In this document: in pieces, positions 24,093 through 33,097 of the stretch
How the letters are laid out: each line of letters begins with the position of its first letter
How positions within the stretch are numbered: the stretch's first letter is position 1
IMG/VR virus record: IMGVR_UViG_3300012231_000026
Location: 1-37,473 of that record
Strand: one strand, 5' to 3'
Origin: a virus
Lineage: Duplodnaviria > Caudoviricetes
DNA length: 37,473 nt
Made by a program: the position numbers and the translations under genes
Notes under the pieces: generated by a model
The model's database searches: none
Seen by the model: the letters and a program-made list of their open reading frames with translations, nothing else
Told to the model about the DNA's origin: nothing

Positions 24093-26923
24093 TGTTCTCC
24101 ACCACGCAGTCGCTCCTCTACGACAAGGGCATCATCGACACGCGGACGGTGCTCCGTATCCGCATGTTCAATGATCTGTACCTCACCTCGCACCAGGAGA
24201 CGCAGGCGCCTTCCGATTTGATCGTGCAGGGCGGGATCAACATGCTACCGGCGGTGCCCTGCATCTTGGAGTTCTCGGAGACGGCCTGCGGCTTCGAGCG
24301 CGGTAATCCAAGCGACGAGGTATCTAGCCTCACGGTGCGGGCGCTCAACGTCAAGCTGCCGATCTGGACACCGTTCCCGGCCGCATCCAATCCGCCAGGC
24401 TCACCCACGACGGGCGTTAAGAACGCGCGGCTATCGGACTACCTGATCGACTGCGACGCAACGTTTGCCTACAACTTCACGCCATTCGCGAATCTATTCC
24501 TGACCGTGCCGGCGCCCGCTGGGGCTTTCGAGGTCGAGTCGATGCGGCACTATCTGTTCCGCGGAATCTTCTACGACTTCGACGTGATCGAGGACGGGCG
24601 CGAAGTCGTGATGCGATTCTCGGAAGACCTGCGCTGGGACCGGCCGTGCCCGCCCTACGCGATCACCGAAAAGAACTTCAAGCTCCCGCCGAAGGAAACG
24701 CAGGGCCTTCCGCTCCCGCTCGCCTACGGAGTCTTCGGCCTGTGGTCAGTCATCGGCATGGAAGATGTCGCCGCCACTTTCGGCCCGTTGCACAAGAATC
24801 GGCCATTCTTCCCCGCGTGCATGAACGGCGCCGAGCTCTACGAAGTGAAGCACGAGCCGGACGGCGTCTCCACCACGACCAAACACTCGTGGCACTCGTT
24901 CGGGGCGACCAACGATCCCGGATTCAACGTGCGCCCGCATACGGCGAACGGTGTATGGCAGGCGATGTGCCTTGGCGGGCAGGGGCGCGTCGGGCTCGTG
25001 ACGCACGAGCAGAGTGCCTTCGGGAGCCATGTTGACCAGGAGCTCATTACCTCCTCGACCGAGTTTGCCTCGACCGGCTTCCACGATCTCAAGCGGATCG
25101 GGCGCGTGAGGTTGCGCGAGAACTTCCGCGCGGCGACCGTGATCTTCCCAGTCAAGATGGCCGACGGCGTGACTCCGCTCCCCATTAGTGGGGTGACGAC
25201 GCTCCCAAACTTCTCCGCCGAGCATCAGAAGGAAGCGGCAAAGACGATCGACGGCGACGCGATGAGCTGGCTCCGCGATGACGTAGTGCTCGGCGGGCTC
25301 ACTGTGCGCAAGCTCACCTGGGAAATGGGCGTTGAGCCGAACCTGGGTGCGATTGGCCTCATCCGTCCTTTTGTTGTCTGGCGGCGCGTCTCGGGTAGCG
25401 CCACGATCAACTGGCGGCTCGATGTCGATCGTGCATCAAATGGTCAGGAGACAAGCGGGACCATTGCCGTAACGGCAGCGAACTCTCCGGCCGGTCGAAT
25501 CATCACGACGTTGTTTGATCCCACAGCGGCGATTCTTGGGTCGGCCGTGCATGCCGAGCGGTGGGAGTTTGTCCAGCGCTCCGGAACGCCCACGCCGCCA
25601 CTCGGCCGCGGAATGCGTTACACGGTGGCCTGGACTCATCTCGGCACCGGCAACGTTATCGAAATTATCCAGATCGGCTGGCTCGTCGACTACAACCCGA
25701 CGCGCTTCTTTTCTGAGAACCGCATTAGACCCTGGGGAGGCCGTGGCCCGCTTCGTGTGAACCAGGGTGTTGATCGCATGCTTTCGCAAGTTCAGAACCC
25801 TAACAAGGCGGGCTTCTATATCGGCATGGGCCAGGTGGCGGACTCCGCAAACGGCTTCCCCGGCTCCATTCCTTGGACGGGTGTTCCCGCCGCGATTCCG
25901 AACATCATCTGCAACCCGGCAGAGGTGATTCGGCATCTCATCTGGACGTATGGCGGCGGGAGTCTAGACAACCTGGGAGCGGCACCCAAGCCAATCGCGC
26001 TCGCCGAGCTCGCCTATCAGACTCCGATCTCGGGCGGGGATGCGCGCGACTTCGACAAGGCGATAGCGTCGCTCGATGCGCTCGTGAGCGAGGGCGCGGG
26101 TGCTGCGGAGAAGTTCAGGATCGCGCTCTCCATCGGTCAGAAGACGACGGTTAAGACCCTGGTCCGCGCGATCGAGCAGTCAATTCCGGGCCTGCATACG
26201 TTCCGCATCCCGACTCGATTCCCTTCGGACGTCGAGCCGCGAGGCACGATCGGATGCATCTTCCCGCGCGCAGGTGGCTCCGTGACCTATCGCCGCCCGC
26301 TCTCGCTTCGTAATGACGTGGTGGACATGGTGCAGCGCTTCACCCCGCTGCGCCATGTAGTCAACAATATCAAAATCCAGTATGGGCAGTCGTCCTCGAC
26401 TGGAACGCTCACGCGAAATCTCTGGTTTGCGCACGACGTTCAGGACCACGGTTGGCCCGTCAACGTGTCGCTGGCCGGCAATTCATCGGGCGCCGCCGAT
26501 CCCACGGGAACACCTCCGAACGGGCTCTTCTACCGCATGGCCGTCCAGTCCCACGGCGCCTATAACACCAAGGAGACCGAACTCGCCTCGCCGTTTATTT
26601 ATCGCGCGCAGGAAGCAATCGCGCTTCGGAACTCTATCTTGGAATGGCGTTGCTGCCGGCGGCTCCGCCTCTTTCTCACGTGCAAGATGCAGGTTGCCGA
26701 CTTGCTCCCGGGCGACGTGTTCCAGCTCAACAACGACTCAGACGCATTCCTCGAGGGCGCGCGCTTCCCAATGGCGCACTTGCTCCTGACCGAGGCTAGC
26801 TCGGCTTCGAGCTGGAACAACCGCACCTTCCTGGTCGAGCGCGTCGCCTTCAAACCATCGGCTGGCGGGGATGGCTCCGCGGTGCTCGTGCAGGCGATCT
26901 GGAACGGGAGGGCCTTCGTTTAA
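24092..26923 (+). CDS. Tail tip/hub protein
   Basis: Follows TMP; GLPLPLAYG, NPAEVIRHL, VVNNIKIQY, LLPGDVFQL hub-like motifs. Confidence 0.7.
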   Translation: MFSTTQSLLYDKGIIDTRTVLRIRMFNDLYLTSHQETQAPSDLIVQGGINMLPAVPCILEFSETACGFERGNPSDEVSSLTVRALNVKLPIWTPFPAASNPPGSPTTGVKNARLSDYLIDCDATFAYNFTPFANLFLTVPAPAGAFEVESMRHYLFRGIFYDFDVIEDGREVVMRFSEDLRWDRPCPPYAITEKNFKLPPKETQGLPLPLAYGVFGLWSVIGMEDVAATFGPLHKNRPFFPACMNGAELYEVKHEPDGVSTTTKHSWHSFGATNDPGFNVRPHTANGVWQAMCLGGQGRVGLVTHEQSAFGSHVDQELITSSTEFASTGFHDLKRIGRVRLRENFRAATVIFPVKMADGVTPLPISGVTTLPNFSAEHQKEAAKTIDGDAMSWLRDDVVLGGLTVRKLTWEMGVEPNLGAIGLIRPFVVWRRVSGSATINWRLDVDRASNGQETSGTIAVTAANSPAGRIITTLFDPTAAILGSAVHAERWEFVQRSGTPTPPLGRGMRYTVAWTHLGTGNVIEIIQIGWLVDYNPTRFFSENRIRPWGGRGPLRVNQGVDRMLSQVQNPNKAGFYIGMGQVADSANGFPGSIPWTGVPAAIPNIICNPAEVIRHLIWTYGGGSLDNLGAAPKPIALAELAYQTPISGGDARDFDKAIASLDALVSEGAGAAEKFRIALSIGQKTTVKTLVRAIEQSIPGLHTFRIPTRFPSDVEPRGTIGCIFPRAGGSVTYRRPLSLRNDVVDMVQRFTPLRHVVNNIKIQYGQSSSTGTLTRNLWFAHDVQDHGWPVNVSLAGNSSGAADPTGTPPNGLFYRMAVQSHGAYNTKETELASPFIYRAQEAIALRNSILEWRCCRRLRLFLTCKMQVADLLPGDVFQLNNDSDAFLEGARFPMAHLLLTEASSASSWNNRTFLVERVAFKPSAGGDGSAVLVQAIWNGRAFV

Positions 26924-27888
26924 TGGGCGCATGGCAGGACGAACTCCAGGTCATCTATCAGAACTACCTACACCCGCTCGATTCGTCGGTAGACGCCGCG
27001 GTCTCGTCGCCGAACTTCGGGCAGGGCTACGAGCTTGAAAACACGATGAACCTGATTCCATCCCGCCCGGGCAGGTTCGCGACGGCCGCGGACCCGCGCG
27101 GGGGCGCCTCCACGAAGATCATCCGTTTTCAGTTCCCGCGCACGCTCACGGTCGACTGTATGGGGATCGTCAACGTGCATTCGAACATGAGCAAGCCAGG
27201 AAGCACCGGCGCGATCGACACCGAGCGCGAGGTAATTGTTGAGCTATTCCACGGATCGGGCTCCGCTAATTACGGGCAGGGAAGCGGGAGCCCTGGTACG
27301 GCGATCGGGTCAGCCTTTGGCACGAACGAAATAGACATCGCCAAGTACGGGGCCAATCTGTTCTTCCGCTTCAACTCGGTCAACGCCTCGCTTATGACGG
27401 TGCGATTCTCGGCGGCTGGTGCTTCAAGTCTCGGATCGCTCTCGATCGGCAACATCCTCCTGGGCCGGTATTTCTCGTTCCCGGTGGACATGTCTACCGA
27501 CGGCTGGATGCTCCTCGCCCCGACGCGGAAGCAGATCCAGAACTCCACCGTACGGAGCGGGCGCGCCTTTGGAGCCGTGCAGATCGAGACGCGCTACCCG
27601 TCCTTGCGCTCGTGGGTGATCCCGACCGTATGGAAGTCCGAGGACCAACGCGAGAACTTCGAGCGCTATTGGGCGAACCGCGAGCAGCCGCGATTCGATG
27701 GCGTCCAGAACCAGCACCTGAAGAAGCGCCTGGACCTGCCGACGGTGATCGTCCCGCCCTGGCAGTGGGTCTCCTCGATCTCGTCCTACGGCTACCCCGT
27801 CTTCGGCACGCTCGGCCCTGATCTCGACGTCCAATACGACGAGATGGGAAACAGCGTTACCAGCATCCGACTTTCGGAGATTGCATGA
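26923..27888 (+). CDS. Minor tail protein (distal-tail-like)
   Basis: TAATG coupling; LSIGNILLGRYF pattern; beta-rich. Confidence 0.6.
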   Translation: MGAWQDELQVIYQNYLHPLDSSVDAAVSSPNFGQGYELENTMNLIPSRPGRFATAADPRGGASTKIIRFQFPRTLTVDCMGIVNVHSNMSKPGSTGAIDTEREVIVELFHGSGSANYGQGSGSPGTAIGSAFGTNEIDIAKYGANLFFRFNSVNASLMTVRFSAAGASSLGSLSIGNILLGRYFSFPVDMSTDGWMLLAPTRKQIQNSTVRSGRAFGAVQIETRYPSLRSWVIPTVWKSEDQRENFERYWANREQPRFDGVQNQHLKKRLDLPTVIVPPWQWVSSISSYGYPVFGTLGPDLDVQYDEMGNSVTSIRLSEIA

Positions 27889-27896
27889 ACAGCCTA

Positions 27897-27907
27897 GTGG
27901 CAACCGG
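27897..27907 (+). promoter_or_regulatory. Conserved pre-gene element (GTGGCAACCGG)
   Basis: 25 nt before an in-frame GTG at 27922. Confidence 0.7.
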
Positions 27908-27921
27908 GCTGGATGGAGGAA

Positions 27922-28869
27922 GTGCCAAGTTTAGGAGATTTTGCGCGTGACCCGGCAACCGCTGAGCCGGCGCGAGTAACGTCGAGCGGCGCCTCGCCGT
28001 CTGCGCCGCAGCAGATCCTGTTCGGTGATTCGTTTCATGGTTCCACGCTCGATGAAATTGCGCGATGGGATAAAGCGGCTACCGGTACGGCATCGGTCGT
28101 CGTGGGTGACGGCCAGTGCTTGCTCTCGACGGGAGCGGGCGCCGGCACGGCGCGCATCAAGTCGCTGCCCAAGTTCGCGCTCTATTCGGGCTCCGAAATC
28201 CTTTTCTCGTGCGTTGCTAAGCGCGCCACGGCGCCGATTGCCGGCAACAACCTCTACATTGGCATCGAGATCAGCGGATCCAATGCTTACCATTGGTACT
28301 TACAAGATACCGATTGGAAAAACCTTGCCATTGTGGGTGGTGGAGGCCAGTACGAGCGAAACATCACGAGCCCACGAATTGACGCGCTCACGTGGATGAA
28401 CTTACAGATCCGCATGACGAAGTCGCGGGTCCAGTTCCTGGCCAACAAGCAGTTTGTATGGGAGTGGAGTCAGATCGACCAGCAGGACCCCGTGGGCTTC
28501 GGCTCGCTTTGCTACGTCTGGATCGAGAACACGAACGATTCTGCAACGAACGATAATCTGCTGTTCCTCTCCGAGGTATCGGTGGTGCGCTCCTTCGAGA
28601 ACTGGCCAGCGGCGGTGCAGCCGAAACGCATCACGGCGGACACGCTCATCGCGCGTGGACCGTGCTGGTACTTGGGGCACAAGAAGATCAGCGGAACTAA
28701 CGCGGTCACGATCTACGACAACACCGCGGGCAGCGGCACGATCATCGACGAGTGGACGGGGGTAACTTTTGACAAAGACATACCCGGGCCGATCGAGTGC
28801 CAGACCGGCATCTATGCCGATCTCGCCTCCGGCACCGACCCATCAATCATTTACTACGCCCTCGCCTAG
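27922..28869 (+). CDS. Putative virion protein with lectin/beta-sandwich domain
   Basis: DSFHGSTLD..W, beta-rich composition; start placed at GTG 27922 by motif spacing (ATG 27913 is the alternative). Confidence 0.65.
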   Translation: MPSLGDFARDPATAEPARVTSSGASPSAPQQILFGDSFHGSTLDEIARWDKAATGTASVVVGDGQCLLSTGAGAGTARIKSLPKFALYSGSEILFSCVAKRATAPIAGNNLYIGIEISGSNAYHWYLQDTDWKNLAIVGGGGQYERNITSPRIDALTWMNLQIRMTKSRVQFLANKQFVWEWSQIDQQDPVGFGSLCYVWIENTNDSATNDNLLFLSEVSVVRSFENWPAAVQPKRITADTLIARGPCWYLGHKKISGTNAVTIYDNTAGSGTIIDEWTGVTFDKDIPGPIECQTGIYADLASGTDPSIIYYALA

Positions 28870-28936
28870 CGGTGGAGGGGAAACCATCAACCCATTCAAG
28901 GGGCAGACGCTCCCTTGTAAACACGGAGATGAAAAC

Positions 28937-29149
28937 ATGGCCAAGGTCTGTTCTCTCTGCAATAGCTGGCAGGCGCCGGGTCCTACCGATACCACGATGG
29001 ACTGCCCGCACGACGGGGCATCCGTTGCCACCGAAACCCGGTGCAGGGTGTGCAGCACGGCAGCGCGTGCTTACGGTGCTGACACGATCGAGGACATCGC
29101 GACCAACGCCTCGAAACACAACGTCGCCCCCGGGCACGACTTCGAGTAG
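28937..29149 (+). CDS. Small Cys/His-rich protein
   Basis: CSLC, CPHD, CRVC; GGAG RBS. Confidence 0.6.
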   Translation: MAKVCSLCNSWQAPGPTDTTMDCPHDGASVATETRCRVCSTAARAYGADTIEDIATNASKHNVAPGHDFE

Positions 29150-29155
29150 CGAATC

Positions 29156-29956
29156 ATGGACCTCATCCTTCGCCACTTCGAGAAGGTGCACATGGAGGCT
29201 CCGCCCCCGCCCGAGACCTACGACGGCTTTGTTTACGGTCACTTCGGTGACTACGAGAACGAGGTGCGGTCGCTTGCCACGGCGGGAAAGCGGTGCCTCC
29301 GCTACTTCAACGTGCTCTCGATGCCGGCGCAAGGATGGTCCGATCCCTGGTTCGACTACGTCAACTCGACGGTGGTGCCTCTCCAAGTCGGCGGCCGCTT
29401 CGCCTACCTCCCGAGTGCATGGGAGGTAGGCGGGCGGAAGCTGTGGGATTGGGGGATGTTCTCGCCCCACCGGGTGCGCGGGCTCGCGAAGAAAGTGGCC
29501 GAGCTCGCCGACGGCAACGGCGTCTTTCTCGATCAGTTCTGGATGGAGCCGCGGGACTGGATGATGGCGGCGCGCACGCCGTCGGGCGACTTAGCGGCCA
29601 GGTATTCCGACTTCCCGCAGACGAAGTGGTTTCGTTACAAGGCGAATATCACGTACTTCGTCGACATGCTCCGCACGGTGGTATCGCCGCAGCCGGTGCT
29701 CGTGAACGGAGACCGCCTCGCCCCGGGGCCGATGCACTTGGAATGGCCGCACTGGTACGACCTGGCCGGCGAACTGACGCGGTGGCATGAATCGAATCAC
29801 GCGGTACTCGCCCCGCTCGCGGACATTGCGTGGAGCGTCGATTGGGCGCTGACGGCATGGAAGGGCTCGGGGAAGTGGATCGCCTTCACCTCCCAGCTTG
29901 CCGGGCTCGAGGAAGCGGCTTACGCGCGGGCGCACGCGCAGCGGATTGCACCATGA
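29156..29956 (+). CDS. Putative glycoside-hydrolase-like TIM-barrel protein (paralogue 2)
   Basis: GVFLDQ, VLVNGD, HLEW; aligns by eye with 15775..16827. Confidence 0.5.
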   Translation: MDLILRHFEKVHMEAPPPPETYDGFVYGHFGDYENEVRSLATAGKRCLRYFNVLSMPAQGWSDPWFDYVNSTVVPLQVGGRFAYLPSAWEVGGRKLWDWGMFSPHRVRGLAKKVAELADGNGVFLDQFWMEPRDWMMAARTPSGDLAARYSDFPQTKWFRYKANITYFVDMLRTVVSPQPVLVNGDRLAPGPMHLEWPHWYDLAGELTRWHESNHAVLAPLADIAWSVDWALTAWKGSGKWIAFTSQLAGLEEAAYARAHAQRIAP

Positions 29957-30489
29957 GGTGCTTCGTCTCGGCCGGGCATGGACCCAAGGCGGGGGGACAG
30001 TACGACCCCGGCGCAGATCCACCGGGACCGGGGGAGGAGCACGCGATAGCCGAGGAGATCGCGCGCGAGATGGCGCACGCGATGGTGCTTGTTGAGCCGC
30101 ACGTGGTCCCGCGCGGGGACCTCAAGACGAGGATTGCCTACGTCAACCGCTGGTCCCGCCCCGGGGACGTGGCGGTGGAGGTGCATTTGAACTCGGGGCC
30201 GCCGGCCGCCGCGGGGTGCGAAGTGTACTTCTTCTCGCTCGAGGCACGGCGATTCGCGGCGGAGCTGCACGCATCGCTCGTGAAGATTGGGCGTGCGCCG
30301 CGCGGGGTGAAGGTGGATGCCAGTTCGCAGCATCAGGGCGGGCTCGCGTGGTGCCGGCAAACGAAGCCATGGGCGGCGCTCGTGGAGGTTGCGTTCCTTA
30401 CCAACGCCGACGAGCTCAAGTGGTTGCTCGGCGGGGGAGCGTCACTCGCAGGGAAGGCTCTCGCGAAGGGAGTGGATTCCTGGCCATGA
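29953..30489 (+). CDS. Endolysin, N-acetylmuramoyl-L-alanine amidase (Amidase_3)
   Basis: SAGHG, E, VEVHLNS, GCEVY, ALVEVAFLTN zinc amidase motifs. Confidence 0.92.
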   Translation: MRCFVSAGHGPKAGGQYDPGADPPGPGEEHAIAEEIAREMAHAMVLVEPHVVPRGDLKTRIAYVNRWSRPGDVAVEVHLNSGPPAAAGCEVYFFSLEARRFAAELHASLVKIGRAPRGVKVDASSQHQGGLAWCRQTKPWAALVEVAFLTNADELKWLLGGGASLAGKALAKGVDSWP

Positions 30490-30752
30490 ACGGCTACATA
30501 AAGGCGGCGGCAACTATTGCGGCGGCCTCAAGCATCGTTACCGTGGCGCTGCTCTGGATCCACAAGCACGACATGGAGCGGTATACGGCGGCGGGCTATC
30601 CAGCTATCCAGACGATTAGCGGGATCAGGCTTTCAGTGGACTCGCTGCGCGCCCAGATGTGGATAGGCAAGCAAGAGCGTACCGCGATCAGCGCGAACCT
30701 CGACTCGCTGGCATCCGAGGTGGAACAACTCAAGCAGGAGGCCCATGAGTGA
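30486..30752 (+). CDS. Membrane-anchored coiled-coil protein (lysis cassette)
   Basis: N-terminal TM helix plus heptad C-terminus; ATGA overlap. Confidence 0.6.
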   Translation: MNGYIKAAATIAAASSIVTVALLWIHKHDMERYTAAGYPAIQTISGIRLSVDSLRAQMWIGKQERTAISANLDSLASEVEQLKQEAHE

Positions 30753-31006
30753 ACGGGGACAAGGCCGCAACCCCTGGCTGGATGGGCGTGTTGCTCTCGA
30801 TCGTCCAGGCGCTCGTGTTCATGGTGTTCGGGTTCATCTTCAGTGAACTCAGAAACATCCAGCAGATTCGCGAGTCTGACATGCGGGAGATCCGCGCCTA
30901 CAACCTGGAGAGCGCGCTATGGCGCGGGTCGATTGACGCGAAAGTCAACTCGATCGCCAACGACGTGTCTGACATTCGAGACGCAAAAAGGAGGACAGGA
31001 CGATGA
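30749..31006 (+). CDS. Single-TM coiled-coil protein (holin/antiholin-like)
   Basis: GGAGG RBS; TM helix then coiled coil. Confidence 0.6.
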   Translation: MNGDKAATPGWMGVLLSIVQALVFMVFGFIFSELRNIQQIRESDMREIRAYNLESALWRGSIDAKVNSIANDVSDIRDAKRRTGR

Positions 31007-31971
31007 AGCGTGCATGGTTCTTGTTGGGAGTGTTCATGCTCTTGGTGCCGCTGGTCGCCCGCGCCGACTTCAAGGACGTAACGCTCGGCACGATGAGCGA
31101 ATTCCAGCAATGCCTTGAGGCGTCCCAGGATTTTACGCAGGAGCAACTCGACGCGATCAGTCAGTGCTTCGAGGACACGTTCACGGAGCCGGTCATAGAT
31201 CCCCCGCCTCCCGACCCGGAGCCGGAACCGGAGCCGCCGCCGCCCGGGTTCGTCGATTGCGGTGGGAACCAGTCCCAAGCCGGCCTTGGCATTTGGAACG
31301 AGTGGTGCACCGACGAATCTCGAAACTTCACCGAGCCCGAGTCGGACGTTATGGGCATGAAGTGCAACGCCGAGGCCGCGCGCAATCGCTTCTCGGGATG
31401 CGTCAACAGGGCCGTAGCTCCACCCACGATTGGAAGCAACCGCGTCGTGATGACCTGTGATATGAAGTTCAATCAGGGCTGGTTGAACCCGGTGGCGATT
31501 GGCGGGCAACACCTGTTCAAGATCGGCGAGGGGCCGATCGCGTGCTCTGGTGGCGGGACGAGCCAGGATCACATCCGCTTCGACTTTGGGTGCTTCGCGG
31601 TGGGAACGGACCCGAACACCGGGACTACCGGCAACGGGTTCCGCGATGGGTTCCGAGTGCTCGTCTACCACCAGAAGGGCGGGCAGCACATCGAGACGTG
31701 GTTCTCGTCCTCGACCAAAATGCCCAACGTGTTCGTGGCGGACAAGTGGACGCCGGTCAAGGTCGATTGCAGGTACGACCCATCGAACGGGCGCTGCGAT
31801 TTGACCATGACGATTGGCGGCCAGACGCGCACGGCTTCAACGACCGTGCCGGCGGGGATCTCGACCAAGCTCGGGGACTCGCTCGGATGGGGGAACGTGG
31901 ACCATTCGCCAGGCCAGGCTGATCGGCCCGGCACGTTCCAGGTTCGCAATCTCCGGTACTCGAAAAACTAG
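31003..31971 (+). CDS. Secreted Cys-rich protein with Pro-rich linker and beta-jelly-roll-like domain
   Basis: Signal peptide MKRAWFLLGVFMLLVPLVARA; PPPPDPEPEPEPPPP linker. Confidence 0.7.
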   Translation: MKRAWFLLGVFMLLVPLVARADFKDVTLGTMSEFQQCLEASQDFTQEQLDAISQCFEDTFTEPVIDPPPPDPEPEPEPPPPGFVDCGGNQSQAGLGIWNEWCTDESRNFTEPESDVMGMKCNAEAARNRFSGCVNRAVAPPTIGSNRVVMTCDMKFNQGWLNPVAIGGQHLFKIGEGPIACSGGGTSQDHIRFDFGCFAVGTDPNTGTTGNGFRDGFRVLVYHQKGGQHIETWFSSSTKMPNVFVADKWTPVKVDCRYDPSNGRCDLTMTIGGQTRTASTTVPAGISTKLGDSLGWGNVDHSPGQADRPGTFQVRNLRYSKN

Positions 31972-32004
31972 CGGCCAAGGCCGCAAAACAAAGGAGAGTA
32001 AAGA

Positions 32005-32184
32005 ATGTGGTTCAAGTCTCGCACCTTTTGGGGCGCTGTCCTACTGTTCGTCCCGCAGATCGTTGAAGCTGCTGGCGTCGTCATTCCGCCGATGATTTCC
32101 GGTTTGATTCAAGCAATCGGAGGCATCGTCGGCGCTGTCGGTATTCGCGGAGCGATCCTGCGAGCCGGTGACAAGTCGGAATAA
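32005..32184 (+). CDS. Putative holin (59 aa, two TM helices)
   Basis: MWFKSRTFWGAVLL...GIVGAVGIRGAI; AAGGAG RBS; not in ORF track. Confidence 0.7.
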   Translation: MWFKSRTFWGAVLLFVPQIVEAAGVVIPPMISGLIQAIGGIVGAVGIRGAILRAGDKSE

Positions 32185-32211
32185 TTCGGAGCCTCGGTGA
32201 AAGGAGGGGCG

Positions 32212-32514
32212 ATGCATCGACGCCCTGACCGCAACGAAGAGTGGTTCCGAATCATCAACCGCAAGCTCGACCGCTTGCTAGGACAAGGAGTGGAGAACAT
32301 GGCGACTCTCGCAGAACTGGAAGTGGAAGTGCGTGAAACGGCCGACGTGCAGGCGTCGGTGGTCGTATTGCTGCGCGGACTTCGGCAGCTCCTCGAAGAG
32401 GCGATCGCGACGCAGGACCCTGCCAAGATCCAGGAATTGCTGGGGATGCTCGACACCAGTACGAACATGCTCGCGGCGGCTGCCGCGGAGCCCGGCCCCG
32501 GCGGCGGAGGTTAG
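32212..32514 (+). CDS. Coiled-coil phage protein with possible internal second start at 32299
   Basis: AAGGAGG before 32212 and AAGGAGTGGAG before 32299. Confidence 0.7.
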   Translation: MHRRPDRNEEWFRIINRKLDRLLGQGVENMATLAELEVEVRETADVQASVVVLLRGLRQLLEEAIATQDPAKIQELLGMLDTSTNMLAAAAAEPGPGGGG

Positions 32515-32612
32515 GGACGGCCTTCGCCAGAACCCGCGGCGTGCGGTCCCCGGGATCTGGTGAACCCGGCCCGCCCGAGCGCCCTACCCGCTCGGCTCTG
32601 GATGACCTCCCC

Positions 32613-32636
32613 GGGGGCGCCGCGGCCCCTCTTTTT
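32613..32636 (+). terminator. Putative intrinsic terminator
   Basis: GGGGGC-GCCGCG-GCCCCT stem-loop followed by CTTTTT. Confidence 0.6.
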
Positions 32637-32654
32637 CGCGGGAATAGACACTTC

Positions 32655-32665
32655 GTGGCAACCGG
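32655..32665 (+). promoter_or_regulatory. Conserved pre-gene element (GTGGCAACCGG)
   Basis: 25 nt before GTG of 32680; directly after a terminator. Confidence 0.7.
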
Positions 32666-32679
32666 AGAAATGACATGAA

Positions 32680-33090
32680 GTGGCCTCGTTTAACAAGTTT
32701 GATACGTTCGTTGAGAAACTGGCGGAGAAGGCGCACAACCTGGCATCCGACACGATCCAGGTCTACCTCACGAACGCTGCACCCAGCGCGTCAGCCGACT
32801 TCGTGAAAACCGACCTCGCGGAGATCTCGACCGGCAACGGGTACACCGGGCCAATCACGCTCACGGTTGGCAGCTCGTCGCAGAGTTCCGGCACGTACAC
32901 GCTCAACGTCACGAACAACCCGGCATGGACCGGGAGCGGCGCGGGCTTCGGTCCGTTCCAGTATGCGGTGCTCTGGAACTCCACGGCCGACGCATTGATC
33001 GGCTGGTGGAATTACGGATCCTCCGTCTCCTGTCTCGCCGGCGAGACCTTCACCGTGGACATCACGGACAACATGCTGACGCTCGTGTAA
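32680..33090 (+). CDS. Virion structural protein (small beta-rich decoration/fibre-associated family)
   Basis: MASFNKF..HNLASDT..EISTGNGYT..GPFQYAVLWN..LIGWWNYGSS..GETFTVD pattern. Confidence 0.75.
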   Translation: MASFNKFDTFVEKLAEKAHNLASDTIQVYLTNAAPSASADFVKTDLAEISTGNGYTGPITLTVGSSSQSSGTYTLNVTNNPAWTGSGAGFGPFQYAVLWNSTADALIGWWNYGSSVSCLAGETFTVDITDNMLTLV

Positions 33091-33097
33091 TAACCCG

